A stretch of DNA of 52,867 nt from Nemertoderma westbladi (GCA_032718475.1 JAUCBJ010008950.1:1-52867); one strand, 5' to 3'; shown: positions 25,329 to 38,035, numbered from the stretch's first letter. Numbers and translations are program-made. The notes: generated by a model from the letters alone, not told the origin.

Positions 25329-25607
25329 ATATTAAATAAGTTTAGGTTTATACTGTATATTAATTCATTGCGTGAATAATGGTCACATATGGACATAATT
25401 AATCAATATTAACTTGAATGATATTACTATACTATAATGTAAGTCTAATATCTATAGTTCATTCACTTTAAATATTGATCTCTCGCATATACTGTAGAAG
25501 CAATGAACGTGACGACAGATATCTATAATTTAACATTATACAGTATGTACAAGTAGAGTCAAGTCGAGTCAAGTCAAGTAGAGAGAGCTTAAATAATAAT
25601 AATAATA

Positions 25608-26570
25608 ATGGCCATAGATACCTATATCACTCTAGTTTCAGATAGCTCATTAAACACATACCCCAATAATAGCCCTAGCGAGTTTACTGTTGATTTAGCT
25701 GATATTGGTCCAAACGCTAAAATTGGGGTTGCTGAAATCCAATACCAAGCAACGTACATTAATATTACTCTGCAAACTCAAATCTCGCTGTCAATCGGAG
25801 TAGATGCAAAAGATGCCAAATCATACAGTGTTTTTCCTGGTATGCATAGCTATATTCAAGTCATTATTGATGATATAAATAAACTGTTTAATTCTGAAGC
25901 GAAATATAAAGATTTCGAATTCATTTTTAATACAAATAATTCTAGAATTAAATTTAAATTTCCTAAAAAGTTGAAAAAAATACAATTAAGTCTACGCGGT
26001 GATTTAATACAAATTCTAGGCTTAAAACAATTATTGGATCAGAATCATCCGGGTATTCCGAATTGGGATATATACAGTACCACTACCGTAGATGAATTAA
26101 GCAATATAGAACAACCGATATTAATTTTAAATTATAGTGGACCAAAAATTTCAGAAATTGGTATTTTACATTTTCCGGAGCCAATAAATATTACTCGTAA
26201 TAAAGACACGATCTTCATATATACAGACATAATTGAAAGCTCTTTTGTTGGTGGTGACGCTTTAGCTCCGCTCTTAAGAACCTGTCCTTTAACTGAATTA
26301 AATCGGAAATATTTTAATCACGAATACGAGAACATTTGCTATTATTCATTGTTGAATAAAAAACTAAAAACAATCTTAATTACTTTATGTGACGGTCAAG
26401 GTGAATTAATTAATTTCAACGGTGGTCACACTGTTATAACACTTAAGTTTAACACGCAGTGGTGGTGGATGAATTCTATGTTAGGTTACCGAGTAACTCG
26501 TGTCCAATTGATTTTCCTCATAATACTAATAGTAATTATCAGATCAATTTTCATGGTGCCTTACCTATAA
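25608..26570 (+). CDS. Maverick minor capsid (penton) protein 1; true stop probably at 26460-26462
   Basis: YITLVSDSSLNTYPNNSPSEFTVDL...FIYTDIIE..VGG..APLLR...ITLCDGQGELINF..G...ITLKF pattern of Polinton minor capsid proteins. Confidence 0.8.
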   Translation: MAIDTYITLVSDSSLNTYPNNSPSEFTVDLADIGPNAKIGVAEIQYQATYINITLQTQISLSIGVDAKDAKSYSVFPGMHSYIQVIIDDINKLFNSEAKYKDFEFIFNTNNSRIKFKFPKKLKKIQLSLRGDLIQILGLKQLLDQNHPGIPNWDIYSTTTVDELSNIEQPILILNYSGPKISEIGILHFPEPINITRNKDTIFIYTDIIESSFVGGDALAPLLRTCPLTELNRKYFNHEYENICYYSLLNKKLKTILITLCDGQGELINFNGGHTVITLKFNTQWWWMNSMLGYRVTRVQLIFLIILIVIIRSIFMVPYL

Positions 26571-27310
26571 ATCCAAACGAAAACTGGGTGGTTGGTATAA
26601 AAAGTATATTTTACTTAGCAATGTTACCGTCCATGTATAACAATGTAGAGAATGTTATTTTATTAAAAAAAGGGGAAAAAAACTTTGAGGATACACTTCC
26701 ATCCAGTTTGTTCTACAGTATTAATGACATTATAGATTATTTTAACACTGGCGCGTTGAAAGATAAATTACAAATAGTTAAAAATACTCAGCAAAATAGA
26801 TTGCAATTTATTTTAGGGAAAACTGTAAGAGAATTATTTATAGGACAACAATTAGCCTATTATTTTGGAATTACTGAAAATAATCTCGGAGCGAATTTAA
26901 ATCCAAATTTTAAAATTATTTTTAAGACGAAAAATAATATAAAGGGTTATTTAATAAAAATTATCGGAAATGAAGAAAAAACTTACCAAATGGTATTTTT
27001 ATGTCCTCAACCACCCAATTCTATTCCAGAACCTAAGTCGAACATGTACATGACTACTAATATAATTGAAAATGAATATATTAATAATTTTGGTTTAGCC
27101 TTACTTCGTCGAGTCACGATACCTGATGATGTGAAATATGGCAGTGTAATAAATAAAGAATTTGCCAAGGATACAATTCATTATATCCCAGTAAAAAAAT
27201 CATATAAGATAACTTACATTCATATTGAAATAACAGACAAAGAAGGAAAATATTTAAATTTTGAATACGGCACAACTTCTATTACCTTACACTTTAAAAA
27301 AATGAATTAA
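26459..27310 (+). CDS. Maverick minor capsid (penton) protein 2
   Basis: FYVRLPSNS...FPHNT.S.Y...W.VGI..I...LLRRV...HYIPV...IHIEITDKEG..LNF..G.TSITLHFKK. Confidence 0.82.
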   Translation: MVVDEFYVRLPSNSCPIDFPHNTNSNYQINFHGALPINPNENWVVGIKSIFYLAMLPSMYNNVENVILLKKGEKNFEDTLPSSLFYSINDIIDYFNTGALKDKLQIVKNTQQNRLQFILGKTVRELFIGQQLAYYFGITENNLGANLNPNFKIIFKTKNNIKGYLIKIIGNEEKTYQMVFLCPQPPNSIPEPKSNMYMTTNIIENEYINNFGLALLRRVTIPDDVKYGSVINKEFAKDTIHYIPVKKSYKITYIHIEITDKEGKYLNFEYGTTSITLHFKKMN

Positions 27311-27876
27311 ATGGATTCCGATTTATTTCAAAGATACAGTAAACCTCAATATGGTGGTGCAGACTCTAATCTTGCTGTTTTTAAAGGTGGTAGAACTACG
27401 AGAGGCTCAACACAAGTTCCTGTTTTTCGAGGTGGTTCATATATAGACCCTTACGGTTAACAAATTGGTGCATTTGGTCCAAACTTAAAACAACGTCGAT
27501 TTCAACGTTATCGGAGAGGTATGCAGACAAATCAACACGGGGAAGGAATATTTACAGATGCTTTATCTACATTGAAGAAATTTGGAAAGCCATTAGCAAA
27601 AAAAGTTTTACAAAAAGCTTTACCATTTACCACAAAATTTATGAGACAACACGTAATACCAAAAGGTAAGCGGGTCCTACATCAGCAGGCTAATGTGGTT
27701 ATTAATATAAAGCATTAAATAAAATGAAACCATCAACAAGATCGGGTGTAGAAAAAGTTTATAGAGATTTAAAGCGACCGACTAAGCCAATGTCTATGAA
27801 CTTACATCATTGCCGTAGTAAAAATAGAAAAATAAAAAAAGGCAAACTCAAACACTGCGAAAAAAGTATTTTTTAA
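27311..27876 (+). pseudogene. Basic core/virion protein with putative adenain cleavage motifs
   Basis: MDSDLFQRYSKPQYGGA..FKGGR..FRGGS..(stop)..QHGEGIF.. then a K/R-rich tail ending SIF* after a frameshift. Lies between penton and MCP. Confidence 0.6.
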
Positions 27877-27878
27877 TA

Positions 27879-27983
27879 ATGTCAATTATTAAAGAATTAG
27901 ATTTATTTTCTACACAGCCAATACAAACTGAATTTAAAGCAAAGCATTATGAAAGAATTTACCCGGTATCTAGTCTCAGAAGC
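27879..27983 (+). pseudogene. Maverick major capsid protein, N-terminal 35 codons
   Basis: MSIIKELDLFSTQPIQTEFKAKHYERIYPVSSLRS (ELDLF..P.QT motif). Joins in frame to 40254 when the BEL element and one GAAGC copy are removed. Confidence 0.88.
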
Positions 27984-29040
27984 TGTTCGCGGTATTTCAA
28001 CTTTTCTTAACGCGAGTTGAATATTTTTTGGATTTAATTTAAATGAATATTCCGATATCACTACTGGGTGCGGGAACATGGGATTTGGGCACATTCAATG
28101 GACTGGGGGCGATTTATGGGCGAATATTGGGGCGACTTACGGGGTATGGGACTCATTTCATGTATTTAAGGACCACGGGTGGGAGGAAAAGTTAACCAGT
28201 ATTCAGGTTTCCCTGATTACTATTAGGCCTAGCCAACTTCCTGCTGCCTGTAGAGGTGGATTTGGTAACTCGCTAGGTCTAAAGGACAAGGACTGCCCTT
28301 AGCGGTCCCTGGCCAACAGCAGTTATTACGAGCCTGAATAAGGACTCGGAAAGTCTGCTGCTTGTGTCAGGGATTTGCGATGGGAACTGACGACAGACCC
28401 CTAGCCAAGCCGTACCGCTTTCCTGATGACCGATCCCTTCAGGGTTCGGGAAGGGTGGGACGGACACGCAAACGGGTCCACTGACACAACAGACCCCTAT
28501 CCAAGCCGTACCGCTTTCCTGATGACTGATTCCTTCGGGGTTCGGGAAGGGTGGGACGGACACGCAACCGGGTCTACTGACTGGACCGACCCTTAGCCAA
28601 GCCATACCGCTTTCCTGATGACCAATCCCTTCAGGGTTCGGGAAGGGTGGGACGGACACGCAACAGGGTCGACCGACACCGACACTACGGTACCAAGACT
28701 AGGACCGAGGGAAAATTGGGGAACATTAGTTAGGTTAAAATCTGAGCGAACAGTGGGTAATTAAATAATGTACCGTAGAGATTTATATTGTCGTGTTATA
28801 TTATTGTGAATATTTGGTGTATATTGGTTTGGGGAAGCCCAACTTATTCTCAATCAAGATTCAACCGTAGGGAAGTTACATTAAAGAGTATATCCAACCA
28901 ATGAAACTTTTCTCAACCGCAATCTTGCATTTAAGAACGTATTCCTTCTCCACAATCAAACTGGCCGGGATTCCGTGGTCTGCAAAGTTCCGCCTCCAGC
29001 GTCGGCATTTTCCCCCATGGTGTCGGGAATAACGGCAACA
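27984..29040 (+). repeat. 5' LTR of BEL copy B (1057 bp; 3 internal hairpin repeats)
   Basis: TGTTCGCGGT...AACGGCAACA; aligns with the other two LTRs. Confidence 0.95.
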
Positions 29041-29174
29041 AAATTGAGAATAAAACGCGGCCAACTTCAACTTGGATGATTCAGGATTACCGTTCGGGTA
29101 GTCCAGGCTGAATACAAGACCTACGAAGAACTATTTTACGACATCGCATATCTAGCTATCGACGAGGCGCTACA

Positions 29175-32100
29175 ATGACGACAAATAACGTATCCGATAC
29201 CAATGAGATGGATCACCACACAGACTCGGAAACCGACGAGGTACCGAACATCAAGAACATGACCCATCGACTAGGCGCTCTCAAAGGCGGAGTCACTCGA
29301 GCATATCAACGTATAGAGAAACAACTAAGGGGAGTCGAAACCCCCCTCAACGAGATACAGACTCAGCTACAGAATATCCGAAGTATCTTACAATGATATG
29401 AGAGGATGATACAGGCACACCAAGAACTCATCCCCGCCACCGATCAGGTAAACTACCCCAGACTGGAAGAACACGTTGTACATCTAGATGAGTTCCGCAA
29501 ACAACATCGGAGGACCCTCAGCCTCGTGAGAGGATACAAGGAACAGTACTATAAGAGAACTGAAAGAACAGACGCAGAATCGGTGCGAACCTCCAGCACC
29601 AGGACAGCAATTCATCGTAAGAGAACGGGGTCCTCGAGGCACCAGCACTCCAGCGCTAGGAGCGAGATGTCCAGTTCAGCACGCAGTTCTCAAAGGGGTC
29701 AGCCACTCCGAGATCAGCTACGAGAACAGAGGGCATTGGCCCTTAAAGCTCGAATGGAAGACGAATATGTTCAACTGCAGATGGAACAGGATGTATTAGC
29801 AGCCGAAATGCAAAAACGAGAGGCCAAACAACAGGCCGAACAAAGTAAACGAGAGGCCGAACAACAGGCCAAACAACGTGAACGAGAGGCCAAACAACAG
29901 GCCGAACAACGTGAACGAGAGGCCAAACAACGTAAACGAGAGGCCGAACAACGTAAACGAGAGGAGGAACAACAGGCCATACAACGTGAATGAGAGGCCG
30001 AACAAGAGACCGAACAACGTAAAATAGAGGCAGAAATGCGTAAACAACATGCCGAGGCCCAAGCGATTCTCATCCACAAAAAGAATATGGATATTGCGAA
30101 ACTCGCGGAATACGAAGCCGCACTCATAGAACGGGATCTCCAACTATATGAGGACTGGGAAAGGGGTATAGAACAGAACTATGAACCAATCCCGGTCGCG
30201 GAATTAGAGAAGTCATTTACGCCACCGGCGGCGAAACCTCCGAAACCCGAGTTCCCGCCTACCATACAGTCTACGTTATTGGCACAAGCACCGGTATTCC
30301 ATCCCCCACCGGTTACGCTTAAGAATGAGGAACCCTATTTCCCATCCAACCCCACGATACCGAGCGTTCCCAAGTACGAGCCTGAAAAGGATTTGGAACA
30401 GGATGCCACCCCTCGATCCAACAATCCGTTTACATCCACACCACAAATCCGTAACCGCGTCATCGTTAAAACTCCACCTCTCATCGATCCATCGTGCATG
30501 GGAGAGAGTGCTAATAACTATAATCCTCCTAGTCATTCCACTTCAGACGACGTCGGCATTATCCGGGCATTGGAAAACCGCCTGGCTATGCCCAAGATGG
30601 ACATCCGCACCTTCGAGGGAGACCCCGTCGATTACCTCGGATTCAAGAAACGGTTCTTCGCTCAGATTGGGTCAATGGATATAACTGACGCACAAAAACT
30701 GGTATATTTATCCCAATACCTGGGTGACAAACCACGTCGAATCATTAAATGTTTCGAGGGAGGATCTCATGAAGCATACTATGATGCATGGAAAACTCTA
30801 GACAAAAGATACGGAAATATCGGGACTATAATTAATAAGACTCTCGAGAAACTGATACAGGACGCTGGATCCCTATGGGACCCACAGAATATCCAGGAGT
30901 TCTCGGATTCCATGAAAGATGCCTACTACACTCTAAAACCATTAAATAAGGAGGAACAAGTAAACAACATTCTAAACCTCCGACAGATTGCCTGAAAGTT
31001 CCCCGGATGGCTGCAAAGCAAGTGGGCATATAAATGCATAGATCTCCGACGCAGACACCCAGATTGAGATCCCAGTTTCCTCGAAATGTCGGCATTCCTA
31101 GATGATATCTCCGAAGCCATGAATGACTCAATGTTCTCCAAACAAAGTCTCTCCAAGTTAGACCGAATAGAGAACAACTCCAGGAGCAGGACACCCACTC
31201 CGAAACCGAGATTCCGTCCCCCTCCAGTGAGTACGATGGCTATCACCATGGCCGAGGATTCCGACGACGAGGACTACGAGGAACCGACATCAGCCGAGGA
31301 ATGGGCCTGTTATCTAGCGAATTGGGCACCCGAAAGGGAAGGCACCACAACCTCCCTTCTATGTCTTTTCTGCGGAGAGAAACATAAGGTGGAATTCTGC
31401 AGAAAGTTCCAGTTTGCTGAACTCGTCCCATGCTTCGAGGTGATAATGAAACACCGAGGATGCTTCCGGTGTCTCGGAACAGGTCACTATGTTCGGATTG
31501 CGACCAAAGATCGTGCTGCGCAGTCTGTAATGACCTATGTCATCACACACTCCTCCACATCCCTGCGAACTTCGATTTTACCACCCTCCCGTTCCGGATC
31601 GAAGCCAAACGAAGAGGAGAAACGAACCACGTCTCTAAAGGTACCCGGACGATTCAACGGAGGGAAACCAATCCGTTTAAGACCTCCACCGATGTATCAC
31701 ATGTGACAAATATCTCAGCTACGATGAACCTTATAAACCGCCGTTACATGGTCTTCGTCAAAGTGATCCCAGTAAGAATTCAAGGGGTCGGGAAATCTTT
31801 AACAACGCTCGCGTTCCTTGATAATGGGTCGGATGGAACCATCATCGACCGGGATTTCCTCGAACAACTAGGCCTAGACTACGAACCTTGCAAACGGCCC
31901 ATACAAACTATCACCAACCATAGAGAAATAGAGTCCGGGGAGGTGCAACTCAAGATGGAAGGAGTTATGAAGGGTTACGAGACGGTCAAGCTGACGATCA
32001 AGAACGCCTTGGTACACACCGATCTCCGAGTGCGGTTCCGACAATCAGCTGAATACGCACCCCTCATACAGCTAGACCGGGAAGATGTAGACCTATGATG

Positions 32101-34316
32101 TCTACCATTGGACGTGAACCGAATCACCCTATTGATCGGACTCGACACACCGGAATTACACATACCCACCGGAGATGTCGCCCGATCTGTAAAGCCGGAT
32201 GACGGCTTTTACGCAGAACGCACGATCATGGGATGGACACTCTGCGGCATCAAAGAGGAGACTACAGACACCTTTATATATCTCCCTAAATGTCAGATTA
32301 AAGAGAATGCAACATCTGTGGGTTATTGTTCAGCAACAGACCTGGACGAGGATTTATTCCTAGAGACTGAGAAAACCCAGCAGGAAATGACCAAATACTT
32401 TAACCTTGAGACCCAAGAGTTTGCTGAAAAGGACGAGAACCCGTCCGAGGAAGATCAATATTGTATTGACATCCTTGATCAGGCCATGTTCAAAGACGGA
32501 CATTGGTGTTCGCCCATGCTGTGGAAAGACCCAGATAAACCGATGGCAAATAATGCCAACATGGCCCTTAGGCGGCTCAAAGGAATCCTACGCCGGTTGA
32601 ATGACCAACCCGAGATAAAGGAGAATTACAATAATGTAATCAAAGGATATCTAGAAGATGGATTAGCGGAAATGGTACCCCGGAATGAACTGCAAGGGGG
32701 TAGACGGACGTATTATCTCCCAACCCATTATGTGGTAGAAGCCAAGAAGGGCGGTAAAATCCGGGTAGTAAATGATGCTGCTGCTATGTATCAAGGCGAA
32801 TCCCTGAACAGCCAACGGCGATACAAGCTTCTTATTTTCTAAGGCTAAGACAGTATCCGGGGAATTCGTAGCAACGATACCGAGACTTGAGCTACAGGCC
32901 GCAGTTTGGGCAGTGAGGCAGAACCCCATGGTCATGCGGAACCTACGAATCCCCATCGAATCGCAACATTTCTGGGTCGATTCGAGTATCGTTCTCTACT
33001 ACCTCCACTCACCATCACGGCGACACACCACTTTTGTAGCGAACCGAGCCACGGAGATAAAACAGTGCACCGGCCGAGAACAGTGGCACCATGTAAATGG
33101 GAAAGAAAACCCAGCGGACTTATCGAGCAGAGGCGCCACCCCACGACAGCTCGGTAAAAGTAAACTCTGGCTCACCGGCCCGGAATTCCTACAGCAACCA
33201 CAATTAACCTGGAGTACCCGATTCGATCCCGAACTCGATAGCGGAAAATACTCATAAGACAACAAGGAGATCCGTAAAGTCCATAGAAGCGCCACAGTGG
33301 AGATCTATAGTTGTCTGACCGAGCCTGCAAAGGACTCGGGCAGGCACTATAATATCGCGACTATCACGCAACCAGCGGCCTCTTTACAACTATTGATAGA
33401 GCAAACCTCCTCAATGAGACGTCTCATCCACCACATCTTAACCCTTCGCAACTTCCTGCGGTGGAAGAACAACAAACCGATAGTTCAACGAAGTATACAA
33501 GAACTCATTATTTCAGAGAAGTGTATTGTTAGATATGTCCAGAAAGAAAGTTTCCCCGATGAGTGGGAACAACTCAGCGCGGGCAAAACCTTGAAACCGG
33601 ACAGTCCAGTCTACCAATTGAGACCAATGATGGGAGAAGACGGACTGATTCGACTGAATACCCGGATGGTAAACGCCCCAGTTGAATACGAGGTCAAATA
33701 CCCAGCGCTTCTGCCCGGAACGTCAACACTAGCCAAGCTATTAATCCAACAGTGTCACGAAGAAAACCATCACGCGGGCCAGAACTGGATTATGGCTAAT
33801 ATACGGCAAAGATACTGGATCACCCACATCCAGCCACTGATCCGGAAAGTACTAAAGCGTTGTTTTCCCTGCAGAAGATATCTAGCGCCACCACTCACAC
33901 AAAGGATGGCCGACTTACCAGCCACACGTCTACAGTCCGATTCCCCACCGTTCTACGTAACCGGAGTAGACTGTTTCGGACAATTCACAGTCATTGAGCG
34001 ACGATCCAACATCAAATGCTGGGGAGCCATCTTTACATGGTCTAGGGCGATCTACCTAGACCTCGTGGTGAAACTTACGCAACATGCATTTATCAACGCC
34101 CTGCGTCGGTTCGTAGCAAACAATGGAACATGTCGTCATATGTACTACGATAACGGTACAAACTTTGTGGGAGGAGAAAGAGAACTTAGAGAGGCGATCG
34201 AGGGATGGTTCACCAAAGATACCGCATCCCAAGTCTGGAGGGAACACCATATACAGTGGCACTTCCAAACACCCTTAGCACCCCATGAAATGAAAAAAGA
34301 CAAAAAAAATGTATAA
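29175..34316 (+). pseudogene. pol: BEL gag-pol of copy B, with stops, frameshifts, a ~0.9 kb RT-core deletion and truncated integrase
   Basis: Collinear with copy A. Jumps from SLNSQ to NGDTSFLFSK at ~32815 (YVDD lost); integrase ends at FQTPLAPH. Confidence 0.95.
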
Positions 34317-34565
34317 AATGTAGAAAGAAAAGAATTGGAAAAAGAAGAGGACATAAAAAGTCAAAAACTGGTTGGATATTAATGTATAGCTATAGTAACT
34401 GTAAATACTGAATGTAGTAGCAATAAGATGGTAGATGCCTATATAGCAATAATAATTAATAAACTGAATTACAAATAAACTGAATTATTCTGCAATCACT
34501 ATAGAATCAGACTTTCTGGATTTATAATTAACTGATGTAAATTTGCAACGGACATAATTGAAAAT

Positions 34566-37165
34566 ATGGACCCAAATCGCCAAATTATCGGCGAGCTACG
34601 TAATACAATAGATTTACTGGAATATCCACAACCTGGATCCCCTAATTTTGATACAAAATGGAACGCCCTGATAAATGAGAATGTGCGAGTCGTTAAATTC
34701 TCCGGGTGAGAGGGACCGGATTCCCGGAATCTACGAGAGCTCCGGTTGACCGATGTGAGTACGAGACTGAAAAGAACTCGGAACGCAAAGGCAACCGGAG
34801 GAGATGAGTTGTCGTTCTGGGAAACGTTCCAGCAATGTGTCTTCAAATCCCGATGTTTGATATACGACAACGAGGGAAACGCGACGCCCACCTCGAAAGC
34901 GATTACGTTGGCGCGATGCCAAAGTTTCGTAGACGACAAGAGTACGTACCTCACCCACTGGGGAAACCTAGCGGAGTGTACGACAACGCTGCGAGAGGAA
35001 CGTATATCAGTTATCCAAAATCGCGACGACTACCAGGAGAAGTATGGGATGAAGGAGTACGGTCGATCCTTGGTCGTCGTCCTCGGAACCCTTGACGGTT
35101 TGGTGTTGGTATGTCGAATATTTCCGACACCCAAACAGGAGGTGCGGACAGCCGGTGCGATCTGGCTATTACCACCTGAGATCCAACAGATCCTATTTGA
35201 CCTCAACATCATTAAAATCGGGTCGGATATAAAGGTGGACGTCCGAAACGACTACGCTAATACTCCTTTCGGAAGAAACCGTCCAGAAGATCTCAATGCC
35301 ATTAGTCATAGTGTCGACACCCAAACACTATTAGCCTGGTTGAGATCCGCCGAATTCATGCGAGGATTCCGAGAGGTGAGACGGACGAAATCCGGTATCG
35401 GCTACCGCGCAGTGCTAAACGGCGGTATAGACTTTAAACCCCAGAAATTCCAGGACTATAATAAAATATAAGGTGGGTACCCGGAATTAGAAATAAAGAG
35501 TGAGCGAGAGAGTCGCTGGAAGGACGTTGAAAGAAAGTGGACAATCCACCACAAGTGGGAGAATCCGGAGCGACGGAACTACATCTACGTCGTAATGGTA
35601 TCATACACAGTTGCTAAGTTCATCTGTAAAACTCTCGATAGTCTCATTACGGCGGTTCCTAGATCCTTTATCGACTATGAGTGGAACGAAATTATCGACC
35701 ACGCGTTCAAAGCGGTAGAGAATATCTCACCGGGAGAGACGAAAACGCTCAACGTCATTGCATCCTGGGACGAGAATGGGCCGTTCGACATCCCTACGAT
35801 TACCGATCTCCTAGGTGCGGAGGAACCTCTGATTTCTTCGGATGGGGAGGAACTATGGTTACAGGAAGGTGTTCTACTGTCCACCCCAAAGTGACAACTT
35901 GATCCGGAAGTCGCGTACGAACCGGCCGCCAAACGGGTCGCCTCGGCCGAACCTGCGACGGAAGCAGGCGTATCAACCTCACTTGGCTCCGGTAGCCCCG
36001 CGAGGGAGTTAGTAACTACCTTCGCGTTGAATCACTTCGGCAACATATGTCAGAGGTTATCTCCATATCCGTTCCCGGGGGCGAAGACTGGTCTTCGGAG
36101 ATCCCGAGTACCAGCACCCAATGGACCCGCTCAGCGATACTGGTTGAAAAGGGTCCCAGCGCTGCGCCGACTCCCGTAGATCTCCTCGGAATTCCTCCGT
36201 CGAACGCCCCGGCACCTCTTCGCCGACCAGCTGTGGCAACAACCCCTTCCGTTCCACAGGACCCTATGCGACTTACCCGATGGTACGCCGAGCAGACCGA
36301 ATGGATCCACTGCCAGAAACGGTCACCAGAGATGCGTCCGGCAGGATATAAAGAAGGTTACCGAAACGAGAACATACTGCGCCAAAGCCCAGCCTTTCGC
36401 GGGCTACCTGCCACGGCAAATATTCCCAAAAGCGACCGACGACTCGAGTATTACGCCGGCGTCCGGATTCCGATATTCTTCGGCTGGGAGATGCAACTGG
36501 AGGTATGCGGAGACTGCGGTTCGGAGCAGTGACCACGCGGTAGAAGAAATCGGGTTACCGATTCTTGCCTCCAGCTCCTCGGGATACTTTATTGTCCCTA
36601 TTGCGCGACATTGGGCCACGATGTTTCAGTTTGTTCTATCCTTTATAACCTCTGCACAACTTGCGGTTTCCGTGGACATTCCGCTAGCCCCCGCTGTAAT
36701 ATAAAATGTCCCACGAAGGATGCTACTGCTATGGGAAATATGGTTATGTTCGAAACCTACGAAAACAACCACGTAAAGACCAAAGTGCGGAGAAACGCTC
36801 GAAATATCGCACAAGAGATGGCGTGCGGGTATTTTTCGTTTCCGGAATGCCTCCATACGACAGCAAAGCTACCATTCCATTACGTGGATCTATTACTAAG
36901 CGCTGGATTATTCGGCCCATTCGAGATCCTTAGGCGTTTATATTCATACAAGGAAGAGTTCGGTGACGGAAAGTGGTTCCTAGAGGCACGCACCACTGAG
37001 CTAGAAAGACGAACGGATATGATCCCGCTACCATCGAAAGGAAGAGCCGCCAGGAGACAAGCCGAAACGTTGCTCACGATGGATGTTGATGCTCCCCTAC
37101 CAGCACTGGCGATCGACGAGAGTCGACAGGCGAAGAGGAGAAAGGCATATCAGAGTAAGAAATAA
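34566..37165 (+). pseudogene. Extra ORF inside BEL copy B: DEDDy/WRN-like 3'-5' exonuclease-fold region plus CCHC zinc knuckles
   Basis: ATG at 34566 is in frame with 34746-35471 and 35595-35894; 36047-36532 is in frame with 36611-37165. Motifs LPPEIQQILFDLNIIKIGSDIKVD, SVDTQTL, CPYCATLGHDVSVC, CTTCGFRGH. Confidence 0.6.
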
Positions 37166-37459
37166 AGGACCAGGATATTCCAGGGACATTTATATCGAAC
37201 ATTTATATTTATATATTTACATAAACTAACTCTAGGCCAAATTAATTGAGACTATGCAATATTAAAATTTTGGGTTTTTTATATGGGAAATGACCTACGC
37301 AAACTCGATCTACCGATAGACCTCACGAAGGTCATTGGGGGGACTGTTCGCGGTATTTCAACTTTTCTTAACGCGAGTTGAATATTTTTTGGATTTATTT
37401 TAAATGAATATTCCGATATCACTACTGGGTGCGGGAACATGGGATTTGGGCACATTCAA

Positions 37460-38035
37460 GCATGGGCATGGGCACATTCAAGCATGGGCATGGGCAGCCT
37501 TGAATAGGCTTTCCAGGATTTGGAAGTCACCGAGAATTAATCGGAAACTTAAGGTCCGATTATTTAGAGCAGCAGTAGTTCCAGTACTCCTCTACGGGAG
37601 TCCATGCTGGGCTCTAACTGCTGAGGACACCAAATCTCTGGATGGCACATTCACAAGAATGCTACGCCGGGTTCATTGTGTCAAGTTCAATGCACACATC
37701 TCCAACCAGACACTATAAAACATTGGAGGTGTCTCATTGGTTCCCCCAAGCTTGACACTAGAACAAAATCGCCTCCGCTTTGCAGGACATTGCTTTCGCC
37801 GTGAGGACCAGCCAGTGCATAATCTTGTACTTTGGCAGCATCATGGAGTGAATAAGCATGGTGGACAGCCCATGACTTTCTTGAGACGCATCTTAAAGGA
37901 CACTGGCCTTAACGATGCGGATGATCTAGCAAATGTCATGGGTGATAGGGAGTTGTGGCGGTGCAATTTTGTTGACAAGCCGGCACAGCATTCTTAAAAA
38001 TGCAGCTGCAATGCAGCATGCCGATCCTAGTAGTA
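37460..38035 (+). mobile_element. 5'-truncated LINE (3' ~550 bp) with TAGTAGTA tail
   Basis: AWAALNRLSRIW...LLYG...LRFAGHC; near-identical to the reverse complement of 38807-39350. Confidence 0.93.

Noticed and set aside
28398-28665. Hammerhead ribozyme suggested by CTGATGA...GAA in LTR B repeats
   Set aside because: No GAAA, stem III or UH cleavage site can be fitted, and the LTR A copies read TCGATGA.
34566-37165. env gene of the BEL element
   Set aside because: No evident signal peptide or transmembrane anchor; the cysteines form CCHC knuckles instead.
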